NCBI RefSeq assembly: GCF_004102945.1
Contig: NZ_CP019384.1
Coordinates: 1,860,001 to 1,892,000, forward strand
DNA: 32,000 nucleotides
Reading direction: 5' to 3'
Origin: Candidatus Velamenicoccus archaeovorus
GTDB lineage: Bacteria; Omnitrophota; Gorgyraeia; Velamenicoccales; Velamenicoccaceae
The notes under the pieces were generated by a model. That model was not told the DNA's origin. It saw only the letters and a list, made by a program, of their open reading frames with translations, and did no database searches. The first letter of the stretch is position 1. Every line of letters starts with the position of its first letter. Positions 8,300-17,773 of the stretch are shown one piece after another. A program made the position numbers and the translations under genes.

Positions 8300-10071
8300 G
8301 CGTAACTCCTGATCACCGAACGGATCTTCCCGTTGTTATAAATGTCATCGGCAATGGCATTGGAAAGCATCTTGCGGTTGCGCCAAACGTCCTGCGCGTC
8401 CCACGCCTGAATCACCTGATTGACGTTGATCGTGACACCTTCCCCGCGCATAGATTCCCCGCGGTTAAGCGCGCGAAGGTTGTCCGACCCGCCCACCGCC
8501 TGCATTCCCCTGCGGGAAAGCACGCCTTCGCCCGTTTGCGCGATGATCGGCACCTCATCCGGCGCAAGGCCCGAATGCGCCCGGATAAACGCCCGGTTGC
8601 GCTTTTCGACCGTTCCTCCGCTATGAAACAAACTCGCCACCGGCACACCGAAAATCGTGCCGCCAGCACCGGCCATCGCCGTAAATATCTTTATGAGTAA
8701 CAGCTTCGCCAAGATGTTTGAGATCATCTGCAGAACCGCCCGGCCGAAATCAGCGAACACCTCTTTGACACTGCGAAGCTCACCCGTAAACGCCTTGAAG
8801 AAAAACTGCGAGAACGCGTTCTGCATGTTATGCGCCGACTGCTTGGCAAACTCTTCCATGACGTTAAACTGCTGGGCGGCCGCTTCCGCGCTTTTCCCCA
8901 CATCCTTGGCCACGTTCTTCAATATCTCCGCTGTCTTGTCACCAGTCTCCTTGACCTTGGCAAACACAAGGTCGTACTGATTCATCGCGTCCCGCGCGCT
9001 TTCCTGCGCGGCCAGATTGAACGCCGTGCGCGCCTCTTCAAGCCCCTGAGTAAGACCCTCGACATTGAACTGAATCTTGTTCTCTTCCAGCGACTGCGAA
9101 AACTTCTCTACCTCCGCGGACGCCTGCCGGTATGTTTCACCGACACTGCCGGGAAGTTTTCCCAAAAGGTCGTAAAACTTAATGAGCGGAACCATGAGCG
9201 CCTGAAAGAAATCGACCGCGAAACCCAAGAGGCCGTTCAAGGCATTCGTTATGCCCTGAATGAACCCTTTGACCGCACCCGCGCCATACTCAAGGATCGT
9301 GAAAACACCCGCCACCAGATGATTGGCAAACCCCTGCAGAAACCCGAGCACCTGCCAGAGCGCCTGCCCTGCCTTTTCCATGAAATCATTCCACTGGGAT
9401 TTGAGCATCTGCACCTTTTCGTAGCTGGTCATCATCTCGAGATTCACTGCCTCAAGGTGCGATTTACTCTGCGCGAGAATATGATTGGCCAGAGCCTGCG
9501 CCATGTGGTATTTCTGAACTTGCTCGACGGTCTTGCCTGTTGCCTTGGCGTATTCCTCTGCCGCGTCTTTAAGCGACAGCTGAAGTCCATACGACCGTCT
9601 CAAGGTCGTGACCAGACCGCCGGTGACCGCGCTTGAAATATTTTGAAACGCCTCTTCGGTCGTAGTGCCGAATATCCTCGCCTCGGCCCGAGCCTGTTTC
9701 ATGAGCGCCGCGACCTGATCCATATTCAAGCCCTGCGCCATGAGAGCCGAAACCTTGTCCGCGACATTGGAGAAATTAACCGTCTCCTTGGAAGCCTCCA
9801 TGATCGACTGCCGCATTTTTTGCGCGTCTATGCCGACGCTCTCTGCCATGCGGCTGAAACTCTGCTCGATCTGCTGGGCCTTGGCTCCCATTTCCATGAG
9901 ATCCCACGCCTTGCGAAGCGCCATGATGCTGGCTGTGATGGCCGCGGTGATCGCAATCCAATTCTGCTTCCATGCATTGGCGAATCTCTGCAGGTTGCCG
10001 CGCACGCCTTCAAGGCGCTTGGTCGCCTCGTCCCTGAGGCGCAATATGATCGAGAGTTCTTTATTCGTCAT
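8296..10071 (-). CDS. tail tape measure protein
   Basis: 591 aa with a long Ala/Gln/Glu/Lys-rich helical-looking sequence and a Gly-rich hydrophobic segment 'FTAMAGAGGTIFGVPVASLF'. It follows the G/G-T chaperone pair. Its start forms an ATGA overlap with the T-segment stop. Confidence 0.85.
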   Translation of the reverse strand: MTNKELSIILRLRDEATKRLEGVRGNLQRFANAWKQNWIAITAAITASIMALRKAWDLMEMGAKAQQIEQSFSRMAESVGIDAQKMRQSIMEASKETVNFSNVADKVSALMAQGLNMDQVAALMKQARAEARIFGTTTEEAFQNISSAVTGGLVTTLRRSYGLQLSLKDAAEEYAKATGKTVEQVQKYHMAQALANHILAQSKSHLEAVNLEMMTSYEKVQMLKSQWNDFMEKAGQALWQVLGFLQGFANHLVAGVFTILEYGAGAVKGFIQGITNALNGLLGFAVDFFQALMVPLIKFYDLLGKLPGSVGETYRQASAEVEKFSQSLEENKIQFNVEGLTQGLEEARTAFNLAAQESARDAMNQYDLVFAKVKETGDKTAEILKNVAKDVGKSAEAAAQQFNVMEEFAKQSAHNMQNAFSQFFFKAFTGELRSVKEVFADFGRAVLQMISNILAKLLLIKIFTAMAGAGGTIFGVPVASLFHSGGTVEKRNRAFIRAHSGLAPDEVPIIAQTGEGVLSRRGMQAVGGSDNLRALNRGESMRGEGVTINVNQVIQAWDAQDVWRNRKMLSNAIADDIYNNGKIRSVIRSYA

Positions 10072-10391
10072 CGCTTGAACCTGTCCCTTCTTTTCTGCAT
10101 CTCCTGCTCGATTGCCTGTAGTTCCTTTTCGATCACTTCAAAAGCATCGAGCATTTTGGCCGACTGGTCGATCCAGCCGCCCGCGTTCGGCAGATAACCC
10201 TGCCTGTAAAACTGAAATGCCCTTATAAAGCTCGCCGACTGTCGTGTGACGATCTTAAAAGGGCATCCTCGGTACTGCGTTCCGTTAAGCTCCCAGACTT
10301 CCTGCCCAGGCACTTCATACTCACATCGTATCTTTCTCCCGCTTAAACAGCTCTGGCAGTTCACGGTGAGGCCGCCCAAATGAACCGCCAC
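10068..10391 (-). CDS. T segment of the tail assembly chaperone, expressed as a G-T fusion by -1 frameshift from 10394..10819
   Basis: It lies in the -1 frame relative to the upstream ORF, and that frame is open across the slippery site. The only in-frame start is a GTG with no convincing RBS, which fits expression by frameshifting. Confidence 0.65.
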   Translation of the reverse strand: MAVHLGGLTVNCQSCLSGRKIRCEYEVPGQEVWELNGTQYRGCPFKIVTRQSASFIRAFQFYRQGYLPNAGGWIDQSAKMLDAFEVIEKELQAIEQEMQKRRDRFKR

Positions 10392-10393
10392 GA

Positions 10394-10819
10394 TCAGTTT
10401 TTTTGCTCGCCCTCCGACAGTTTCGACTCGTTCAAAATGACCTCAGCCAGCTCCTGCCTCAATTCGTTCGGGAACATCGCAATGATCCTGTCCGGAACAA
10501 CGTTTCTCATCTTGCCCGCGTAATGAATCGTGTCGAACTTAAGCTCGATCGGCTTCTTGGTCTCGGGATCCAAAAAATTCGTCAGGCCCTTCAGCCCGAA
10601 CTTGATCGCCGTGATCTGCCGCTTGTTCCAGTTGAGTCTGACCTTGGCCTTGTCGTTGGGATTGGTCGAGCTCATCTCATACGTACTGCTTTCATCGTCG
10701 ACCTCTGCTCTCAACACCGGATCCAAAAGTCCAATATGAAACACGCTCGGATTCTCTTTGTCCGGGTCAAGTTTTGACACATATTCACGCGTTGCATTGA
10801 CATCAATTCCTGTAAGCAT
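10394..10819 (-). CDS. tail assembly chaperone (lambda G-like)
   Basis: 141-aa acidic protein between the major tail protein and the tape measure. It ends at the slippery site. Confidence 0.7.
   Translation of the reverse strand: MLTGIDVNATREYVSKLDPDKENPSVFHIGLLDPVLRAEVDDESSTYEMSSTNPNDKAKVRLNWNKRQITAIKFGLKGLTNFLDPETKKPIELKFDTIHYAGKMRNVVPDRIIAMFPNELRQELAEVILNESKLSEGEQKN
10397..10403 (-). promoter_or_regulatory. -1 programmed ribosomal frameshift slippery heptamer A_AAA_AAC
   Basis: The minus-strand sequence reads GAG CAA AAA AAC TGA. The X_XXY_YYZ heptamer lies in the correct phase directly before the G stop codon. Confidence 0.7.
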
Positions 10820-10833
10820 AAGCCGCCTCCTTT

Positions 10834-11985
10834 TTATAAAAGTAATAATGCAAGTTCATCATCCCCCGGCTCCATCGAACCGGTCAGATCGAACGACGTC
10901 TGCGCCAGCTGAATGCCGTCGCGGTCGCCGTCATCGACCTTGTTGTAAACAATGCTGGGCGCGTAGAACCGGAACTTGTTGCCCTCGGTTTCTCCGTACG
11001 CCAAATCAAGAACCATCGGCGTATTACTGAACCACTTGGAGAAGAAATCATGCGAAGCAACCGGCACCATTTCCGGATTAAACGACCCCTGCATATCCCG
11101 GCCGGTGATCATGTAGGATAAAATCCCCTTCGCATCGTCGATCTTGTCTTTTGAAGCCAGCGTGTTCGATACGTCGATCTCCATCTCGCCGACATTAAGC
11201 GACACGCCGTCGCAGGACATGACCGCGTTCAAAAGCACCGGCGGCACCGTATCGTCGAAGCTCACGCCGGTAAACATCGGAGTGTCCGTGACTCCATGTT
11301 CAACGCCCTTGAAGCTGAAATCGAGCGTGGCCGGTTCGCCGATCTTGAAGTTGAACTTGACCGTCCCGCGGCAACCTTTAAGAAGCTTCGCCACGCCGTC
11401 CTCATAAAGCCCCATGGTCAAAGAAACCACAGAACTGCTGATCGGTTTTATTTCAAAACCCGCACTTGCCGGATCGGATAAAGCGGTCGAAACCGCGCCT
11501 GAATCCGCGCCTGTTATGTGATCTCCGGTCTCGAATACTCCGGTGAGCGCGACATAGTAAAGCGATGCCGCACCGTTTGCGGTCTTAATGACAACCCGGC
11601 CGGTTGCACCCGACGTATCACCGGTAATCACCTCTCCGTGCCTGTAAGGCCCGCTGGTGATCGCACCGATCGAAATCTTCTTGAGCGCGTTCGATTGAAA
11701 CCCGCAGGCCCTGACCAGCCGCATCCACTCCGGCTCAAGCGTAACCGATCCCGAACCTTTCAATTCAATACTGAAATCGATCCCGGCCGATCGCTTCCCC
11801 GCGAGCTTGCCCATCTTGGTCAAAGACGCGCGCACAGGATCCCTCTGGTACATCTGCGGATCGTAACTTGCCTTCGGTGAAAAATTCACCAGAATGCCTG
11901 CGTCGGCCGCCAGAAGTGTTTCCGCAGAACCTTCGACCGCCTCGATCTTCGCCGCAAGCTGGCGTTTTCTTATGAGCATTGACAT
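10834..11985 (-). CDS. major tail (tube) protein, with an internal insertion domain
   Basis: 383 aa at the lambda V position, between the connector genes and the chaperones. It has an internal duplicated 'GEVITGDTSGATGRV' / 'GDHITGADSGAVSTA' motif. The call is by synteny. Confidence 0.6.
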   Translation of the reverse strand: MSMLIRKRQLAAKIEAVEGSAETLLAADAGILVNFSPKASYDPQMYQRDPVRASLTKMGKLAGKRSAGIDFSIELKGSGSVTLEPEWMRLVRACGFQSNALKKISIGAITSGPYRHGEVITGDTSGATGRVVIKTANGAASLYYVALTGVFETGDHITGADSGAVSTALSDPASAGFEIKPISSSVVSLTMGLYEDGVAKLLKGCRGTVKFNFKIGEPATLDFSFKGVEHGVTDTPMFTGVSFDDTVPPVLLNAVMSCDGVSLNVGEMEIDVSNTLASKDKIDDAKGILSYMITGRDMQGSFNPEMVPVASHDFFSKWFSNTPMVLDLAYGETEGNKFRFYAPSIVYNKVDDGDRDGIQLAQTSFDLTGSMEPGDDELALLLL

Positions 11986-12000
11986 TGCAATCCCTCCCTT

Positions 12001-12468
12001 TTAGTTCTTTGCTGTCGGATCCGTCCGCAAATGACGATAGCGGACGCGAACCTCCATGATGATCCCCGCGTACGGCTGTGCCTCGGTCGTCTCAAACGGC
12101 GTTGTCCCTAAAACATCCGTATCAACTGCGTTGCCCGCGCGCGTGGAGTCCTGCAGGATCGCTTTCTTGATATCACCCTGCAGTCTGTTCAAATATGTAT
12201 CGGTCGGCACCGGGTCGTTCTCATCGTTCACGAAAAATATGTCGAGATACAAAGTTAAAAGACATTCTTCGAACGGATTTGGCATGCTCGACTCATCCTC
12301 ATCGCCCGGGCTGATCACCACCATCGGCATATCAACCATTCTGTTGCCGTGCATCGACCAGCGCTGTACGGTGGCGGGCGTAAAATCGAAGTTGTACCCG
12401 TTAGCGATCGTCACGCCTTCAAGTACAGTCTTGATGTTTTGCAATATCCGCTCTCTGACCGTTTCCAT
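12001..12468 (-). CDS. tail terminator / tail completion protein (gpU-position)
   Basis: 155 aa directly upstream of the major tail gene. The N-terminal pattern 'RERILQNIKTVLEGV' is typical of this class. The call is by synteny. Confidence 0.45.
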   Translation of the reverse strand: METVRERILQNIKTVLEGVTIANGYNFDFTPATVQRWSMHGNRMVDMPMVVISPGDEDESSMPNPFEECLLTLYLDIFFVNDENDPVPTDTYLNRLQGDIKKAILQDSTRAGNAVDTDVLGTTPFETTEAQPYAGIIMEVRVRYRHLRTDPTAKN

Positions 12469-13076
12469 CAGATCTTCCTCAACGCCTTTTCGATCGATTT
12501 ATTCAAAATATCAATCCGGTAATTCACGAGGCCGTCCCATGTCCGGTAAAACCCCAGCCTCGGCTTAATACGAACTGACCGCTTAAGCACATACAGCGGC
12601 AAGATCCTCTGCGCGCGCTTCGTCACCCGGGCAAGAAACGTCTCGCCCTTCCAACGCAAAGCCCTGACGTTTTTCAACTCTTTGGGCTTTTTATAACGCG
12701 CTCGGAGTTTCCCTGACGGCGTGAACATCTCCGACCTTGCCGATAACGGCACTGCCAAGCGCTTCCCTCCGGGATCCCTGACTGTGCCGCCGGTCTCGTG
12801 CAATTTGGCAATCTTCGACTCGGAAAAGACCTCGATGCCCATGCCCTCGATCTCGGGCGACACCAAAAACACACGCTTGAACGTGCCGAAAAGGCCATGA
12901 CCGGATGCGCCGCGCACACCCGGAGGCCCCTGAAGCTGTTGCTGTCTGAACCGTTTCAAGAACCCCTTGCCGATACGATCCAGCCCGTCCGCCAGCTCGA
13001 ACTTAAGGACGCGGGGCGCGATCTTGATCGCCCTGTCCAGCGCCCTTGTGTCAATTTCTGTGGTTAACTGCACCAT
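12468..13076 (-). CDS. head-tail connector / tail completion protein (gpZ or HK97 gp10-like position)
   Basis: The ATG at 13076 lies 2 nt after the upstream stop and has a GGGGTGG RBS. The track start at 13103 is the alternative. The call is by position only. Confidence 0.4.
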   Translation of the reverse strand: MVQLTTEIDTRALDRAIKIAPRVLKFELADGLDRIGKGFLKRFRQQQLQGPPGVRGASGHGLFGTFKRVFLVSPEIEGMGIEVFSESKIAKLHETGGTVRDPGGKRLAVPLSARSEMFTPSGKLRARYKKPKELKNVRALRWKGETFLARVTKRAQRILPLYVLKRSVRIKPRLGFYRTWDGLVNYRIDILNKSIEKALRKI

Positions 13077-13078
13077 GC

Positions 13079-13429
13079 CTACCACCCCACTAGCAAATGC
13101 CACATCCCTTCATCACGGCTGATGACATCGTTGATGCGAGCCTCGCGGTCGAATCCTTCCGAGTCTTTAAGCGTGATGCGGTCGTCTGCTTTGCTCACTG
13201 CCGCGATACCGCTGGTAGCATCATTGGCGATATAAACCTCCGCCTGCTTCTTGAGCGACCGGTTGATGTTTTCCTCTGCCGGTGCAAGCTCATAGCGCAC
13301 CACAACGGCCGCGATCACCTTGGAAACCCCCGCGCCGGTCGTATACGTGATCTCCTCGGCAAACTCGCCCATATTCAAGAAACAACCGACAGCATCCGTC
13401 GGCATTTGTTCTTTTAAGCTCATGAACAT
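13079..13429 (-). CDS. head-tail joining protein (FII-like position)
   Basis: 116 aa, the first gene after the major capsid protein. The N-terminal 'FGEFAEEITY...G...VIAAVV' pattern resembles head-tail joining proteins. The ATG at 13423 is an alternative start. Confidence 0.45.
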   Translation of the reverse strand: MFMSLKEQMPTDAVGCFLNMGEFAEEITYTTGAGVSKVIAAVVVRYELAPAEENINRSLKKQAEVYIANDATSGIAAVSKADDRITLKDSEGFDREARINDVISRDEGMWHLLVGW

Positions 13430-13435
13430 GTCCCC

Positions 13436-13474
13436 AAAAGGGGCCCGGGAGCAGTTACGCCCCCGGGCATCCCC
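13436..13474 (-). terminator. GC-rich hairpin plus short T-run downstream of the major capsid gene (probable partial intrinsic terminator)
   Basis: Minus-strand sequence GGGGATGCCCGGGGGCGTAACTGCTCCCGGGCCCCTTTTGGGG, with the GCCCGGG/CCCGGGC stem extended by GGGG/CCCC and followed by TTTT. Confidence 0.45.
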
Positions 13475-13479
13475 TATTT

Positions 13480-14436
13480 TTAAGCGTCGACCTTCAACAG
13501 ATGCGCGAAATACGGATCCACGATTATCTCGTCCACATGCTGGCGCACGCGGAAGATATCGCTTCTGGCCGCATCATCGCGGTACTGCTCGACCGTGGCG
13601 TTCTCTGGACTGTCCGCCGTCCAGAGAAACGTTCTTCCCACTGTCGGATCGGACAATCTCTGTCCCTCGCCGATCACCGCCACCATGACAAAGTCATCGC
13701 TCCAGATATCCGCGCCCTGAAACGACTTGCCTTCTTTCGCGGTGTTGTAGATCGCCTTGCCGACAAGAATCCGCTTCACGCCAAGGATGTCTGCCATGGC
13801 ATTTAAGAGCTCTGCCTCGGTCAATCTTGCGACATACTGGATGGCTTTGGTTATCTTCTCATTGCCAAGAAGCCGGTCGATATTCGCCTTACTCATGATG
13901 AGCGTCCCCGGCTCCATGCCGCAGTTCTGCCTCACCTGCTCGCGCGCGGCTCTCACCTGAGCGATGACATCGCTTGAGATATTGTCCCACGGCGCGCTCG
14001 AGAAATCCGTAAAAAGCTTCGATCCCGTAAAGACCGTGGTATCGAAAACCTTCGACGCGATCCTCTTTTCCTGCGCCTGCAGAACCCTGCGCGTTACGAT
14101 CTGAACGGTCGTAAGCTCGGCATCGAAATCCGTGGCGTACATTTCCCGTTCGGAATCGTCCAGAGGCCCTTCCAAGCCATGCTCTTCGCAGTTGTACTGC
14201 CGGTCTTTGGCCTGAAAGGTGTCACGGTTGTAATTGCCGCGAGGCGCGCGTTTGGTATCCGCTTCGCGCGTAATGCTCTCCCGGGTGATGGCCGGAAAGA
14301 TGCTCGCCTTCTTTTTGGTTTGGAAAATAGGCAGAACTCTCGTGCCTATGAACTCGTCCTGCGACTGGATAAACTCCAGCGCCGCTTCCCCTAACTCGAG
14401 TCTCGGTACTGCTCTTGTCCCTTGATAGTCTGGCAT
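13480..14436 (-). CDS. major capsid protein (lambda gpE-like family)
   Basis: 318 aa after the decoration gene. The sequence style matches gpE-type capsid proteins ('YNCEEHGLEGPLDDSEREMYATDFDAE'). Confidence 0.8.
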   Translation of the reverse strand: MPDYQGTRAVPRLELGEAALEFIQSQDEFIGTRVLPIFQTKKKASIFPAITRESITREADTKRAPRGNYNRDTFQAKDRQYNCEEHGLEGPLDDSEREMYATDFDAELTTVQIVTRRVLQAQEKRIASKVFDTTVFTGSKLFTDFSSAPWDNISSDVIAQVRAAREQVRQNCGMEPGTLIMSKANIDRLLGNEKITKAIQYVARLTEAELLNAMADILGVKRILVGKAIYNTAKEGKSFQGADIWSDDFVMVAVIGEGQRLSDPTVGRTFLWTADSPENATVEQYRDDAARSDIFRVRQHVDEIIVDPYFAHLLKVDA

Positions 14437-14455
14437 GTTTCATTCCTCCTTTTGA

Positions 14456-14809
14456 TTAGGCAAACAGCCCTTCGACAACTTCACCGTCACTTGTTGATGC
14501 TTCCAGCGCCTTGCCGATAATGGAACCGCTCACGGTTGCGCTGATCTTCCCGTCATTGGCCCCGTACACATTGCCTCCCGCGCTGATCACTCCGGCCGCG
14601 ACCATCTTGAACGTCCTGCCGGAACTCTTTAAATCAACGCTGACATGCTCACCCAAAGCCGCCTTGGCCGCAGTGATCCCAATACAAGCTTCGCCTGCGT
14701 CGGCATATTCCACCTGCGATCCGCTTCCCGTACTCAGCTTGACCCTGCGGTAAGCTTCCAGCTCTTCTCCTGCGACAAATGCTTTTGATCCGATATTGAA
14801 TTGAGACAT
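14456..14809 (-). CDS. head decoration / capsid cement protein (DUF2190-like)
   Basis: 117-aa Gly/Ala/Val-rich beta-type protein between the protease/scaffold and the capsid gene, at the gpD position. Confidence 0.6.
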   Translation of the reverse strand: MSQFNIGSKAFVAGEELEAYRRVKLSTGSGSQVEYADAGEACIGITAAKAALGEHVSVDLKSSGRTFKMVAAGVISAGGNVYGANDGKISATVSGSIIGKALEASTSDGEVVEGLFA

Positions 14810-14827
14810 CGTCCTACCTCCTTTTGG

Positions 14828-15892
14828 TTATTTCCTTTTGTCCGCTGTTGCCTTAAGCGCATCGGTCGTACTGCACCCGTGCTCTTTCTGATACTGCCGC
14901 GCGCGTTCCAGATGCGTTGTCTGTTTCTTGACCGGCTCTTCCTCTGCGTCGGGCCCCAAGGGCGGCACGGACGCTTTCTGCAGGCCTTCAAGCTGTTTCT
15001 CCTGAAACTTGATGACCGCGTTTTCGAACGTCGCGCCGTTCTCGACCGCCTCGACGGCGATATCGGACATATCCTTGAACACCTTCGATTTCTTCAAAAT
15101 CGAAACCGCCCGTTCGCGCTCTTTTCTGACACCCTCTTCGACCCCGAGCGCGTGAATGGAGTCGTAAAGGCCGGAATGCTCCGCCTTAATCTTTTCCATC
15201 GTGATTTCCTCTGGCATTTTCTTTTCCTCCTTGTTTTTGTTAACCCCATACCTTTCCAAGAACGCGATCACCTTCTCAACCGATTCCGGCTGGTTCAGGA
15301 ATTTATCTAAAAAAGCCGTCATCTCCGCAGACGGCCGGACGCTTTCCGAGAAAAACGGCATCCCGAAAAGACCGTTGTTTGCCGCGGGATCATCGACAAT
15401 ATCCACGGACATAAGCTTCTTCACGCGGATATACGGCGGCAGATCCTCTCCGGCCTTCGTTTTTTCCTCGCGGAATTCCTCATCCCAGTGGATGACCATC
15501 GAAGATCCGAACGCTTGGCTGTCGCTTTCGGCAAGGTTCATGACATAACCGGCCAAATCGCCGTCCGGCGTCTCGTGCGCGGTCTTGTCGATATGCAGAT
15601 CCGCGCGGACGATATCGCCGTCTCTCCTGAAATTCTTCGCCCTGCCCAAGAACGTGCCGAGCGCGGTACTCGACATGTTCGGATGCCCGAATCTCGATTT
15701 GACTCCGGCTTTGACCTTATTGCCCAGCTCAACAACCGAATCCAGCGCTATGTCATCGAACTCACCCCTTTCGTCATGGGTAATCCCCTTGGTTACGACA
15801 GCAAAACCCTCGATAACCTCTTCCTTGCGGTTAACGCGAACGCCCCCGCCGCGCGCAATGTCCGCGCGAAAATAAGTGTCTTTATTCGCCAT
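14828..15892 (-). CDS. prohead protease with C-terminal scaffold-like coiled-coil region
   Basis: 354 aa immediately after the portal. The N-terminal domain has 'RFGHPNMSS' and 'AFGSSMVI', resembling the His/Ser contexts of HK97-type proteases. The C-terminal half is charged and helical. Confidence 0.6.
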   Translation of the reverse strand: MANKDTYFRADIARGGGVRVNRKEEVIEGFAVVTKGITHDERGEFDDIALDSVVELGNKVKAGVKSRFGHPNMSSTALGTFLGRAKNFRRDGDIVRADLHIDKTAHETPDGDLAGYVMNLAESDSQAFGSSMVIHWDEEFREEKTKAGEDLPPYIRVKKLMSVDIVDDPAANNGLFGMPFFSESVRPSAEMTAFLDKFLNQPESVEKVIAFLERYGVNKNKEEKKMPEEITMEKIKAEHSGLYDSIHALGVEEGVRKERERAVSILKKSKVFKDMSDIAVEAVENGATFENAVIKFQEKQLEGLQKASVPPLGPDAEEEPVKKQTTHLERARQYQKEHGCSTTDALKATADKRK

Positions 15893-15930
15893 CTCGCACC
15901 TCTTTCACATCGGTGAGGGAAACATCAACC

Positions 15931-17541
15931 TCAATCGGCATTGCCATTTGGCTTTTTGCCCCCGCCAGAATCCTCTTCGTTTTCTTCACCGGTGTTTTTC
16001 TGCTTTTCTTTTGCTTTGTTTTCATCCTGCACCTCAAGTCCGAGCTTCTTCATCTTCTCCTGCTCACGCTTGCGCTGTTCGAAACACTCTTCCCAGTCCT
16101 TTCCGTCCTGCGCGTAAAGATCCGAATAGGTCACGATGCCGTTTCTTAAACCCACCTCCGCGGCCTGCGCTTCTTTAAGCGGATCCACCCACTCCCATCC
16201 CGGCGCGATCCATGAAGCACCAGTCCAGCGCTGTCTTTTTTCGTAAAAAGTTTCTGCCGAAATCTCGCCCTTTAAATAGACCTCTTCCAGCAACATGTCC
16301 CAGACCGGCTGGCAGAATTTCTGCGCCAGCCATTCCTGACGCATCCGAAAATATCGCCGCGCCTCCAAAAGAGCCGCCCGCGCGCTGGAATAATTTGTTT
16401 TCGAGAAATCCTTGGCCACGAGTTCATACGGCAGGCCCAGCGCCGCGGAAATAGCCTTCAAGATGCGGTCAACGAACGGCTCGAAACTCGATCCCGGCCG
16501 CTGGGGATTAAACGACGTAATGCTCTCTCCCGGCATCAGGTGCTTGATCATTCCCGGTTCAAGACTTTCAATAAACTGACCCGAAGGGTTTCTTTCGTAA
16601 ACACCACCTGCCGAAACGTCCATGGACGCTTCTGAAGTCACAAAAAGCGAGAAACACGCGGCGATCCTCGCGGCCACGAGTTCGGCTTCCGCGTATTCCC
16701 CGAGATCTTTGAAATAAGATAAAACCGGCGCAAAGAACGGCACACCGCGCGTCTGTCCCGAACGTAAGACGTAGTAGAGGTGGAAGACATTGCGCCTGCC
16801 GTATTCATTGAACGCCGGAATCTCCATGAATTCTTTATCGCCGCTCTTGGCAATCCGAGACTCGCCGGGATGCGTCTTCTGAATGAAATATGAAACCGCC
16901 TCGCCCTTTTCGCCTATGCGCACGCCCGCGCGTATCGATTTGTCTCCCCGTTTATCCGAAGGCGTATCCAACCGGTCGGACTCGATCACCTGCAAAGCTG
17001 TCCTGTAAGGCCGGGAAGGATCTTCGATCATCATCGGAACGATCAACGCCTCCCCGTTTTCGAGAATCTGGCGGTCGACAAGCTGTTGGATCTCGTAAAA
17101 ATCCATGCGCCTGCCCGCATCCGCGTACGGTATCCATCTCTTCCAGACACGCTCCGCGTCTTTCTGAAACTTCGCCGCTTCTTCTTCGCCGAGGCCGAGT
17201 TCGTCTCTGTCGATACGCGACTGCGGCCGGATCCCCGAACCCACCACATTGACGGTCATGGTCGAGGTAATGCCTGAGGCATGCGCATCGTTACGGTTTA
17301 GATCGCGGCTCCTCTCGCGGATGTCTTTTAACTCCGGAAGAAGATCCGCATCAGCAGATCCTCCGCCCGGCATCCACGATGAACGAAGACGGTCGCGCGA
17401 CGCGCCCCTGTATGAACTGAATGATTTGGTAACTTTGATGGCCTCGCGGTACATGCGCCGTTTGAGGCCCGCGCAGGGAGAGAAAAAAGAAATAAGGCCG
17501 TCCAAGCCGCTGGATAGTTTTTCCGTAAGCGGCGTCTTCAT
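15931..17541 (-). CDS. portal protein, lambda gpB family
   Basis: 536 aa. The signature 'SWMPGGGSADADLLPELKDIRERSRDLNRNDAHASGI...VVGSGIRPQS' is characteristic of lambda-family portals. Confidence 0.9.
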   Translation of the reverse strand: MKTPLTEKLSSGLDGLISFFSPCAGLKRRMYREAIKVTKSFSSYRGASRDRLRSSWMPGGGSADADLLPELKDIRERSRDLNRNDAHASGITSTMTVNVVGSGIRPQSRIDRDELGLGEEEAAKFQKDAERVWKRWIPYADAGRRMDFYEIQQLVDRQILENGEALIVPMMIEDPSRPYRTALQVIESDRLDTPSDKRGDKSIRAGVRIGEKGEAVSYFIQKTHPGESRIAKSGDKEFMEIPAFNEYGRRNVFHLYYVLRSGQTRGVPFFAPVLSYFKDLGEYAEAELVAARIAACFSLFVTSEASMDVSAGGVYERNPSGQFIESLEPGMIKHLMPGESITSFNPQRPGSSFEPFVDRILKAISAALGLPYELVAKDFSKTNYSSARAALLEARRYFRMRQEWLAQKFCQPVWDMLLEEVYLKGEISAETFYEKRQRWTGASWIAPGWEWVDPLKEAQAAEVGLRNGIVTYSDLYAQDGKDWEECFEQRKREQEKMKKLGLEVQDENKAKEKQKNTGEENEEDSGGGKKPNGNAD

Positions 17542-17753
17542 GACGGCCTCCCGAATGAAACGTATGTGGTAGTCCCGCCTGAACCTGCGATCTCGCGCCT
17601 GAGCTGATCGCGCAACTTGTAGAGATCCTGAAGCGGAATGTACTGCAGATTGCGGCCGCCGATCGAATACGACTGCACCGCGCCGCCGCTGATGCGGGCA
17701 TTGATAGCGGTCTCGACGTTTTCGAGCATTTCCTGTTTTGTAGGTGCGGCCAT
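17538..17753 (-). CDS. head-to-tail joining protein gpW-like
   Basis: 71 aa from ATG 17753 with RBS AAGAGGAGGACGCATG. The segment 'SYSIGGRNLQYIPLQDLYKLRDQLRREI' matches the gpW family pattern. The track start at 17801 reads through a terminator. Confidence 0.7.
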   Translation of the reverse strand: MAAPTKQEMLENVETAINARISGGAVQSYSIGGRNLQYIPLQDLYKLRDQLRREIAGSGGTTTYVSFGRPS

Positions 17754-17773
17754 GCGTCCTCCTCTTGAACCCA

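Noticed and set aside
8830-9636. Long plus-strand ORFs antisense to minus-strand phage genes: 8830..9636 (268 aa), 18245..19006 (253 aa), 21241..21864 (207 aa), 6492..7049 and 9643..10197.
   Set aside because: They lie entirely inside well-supported minus-strand genes (tape measure, TerL, methyltransferase, J/K). Their translations are Arg/Leu/Pro-rich and low in complexity, and they lack RBS contexts. They are typical shadow ORFs of GC-rich coding DNA.
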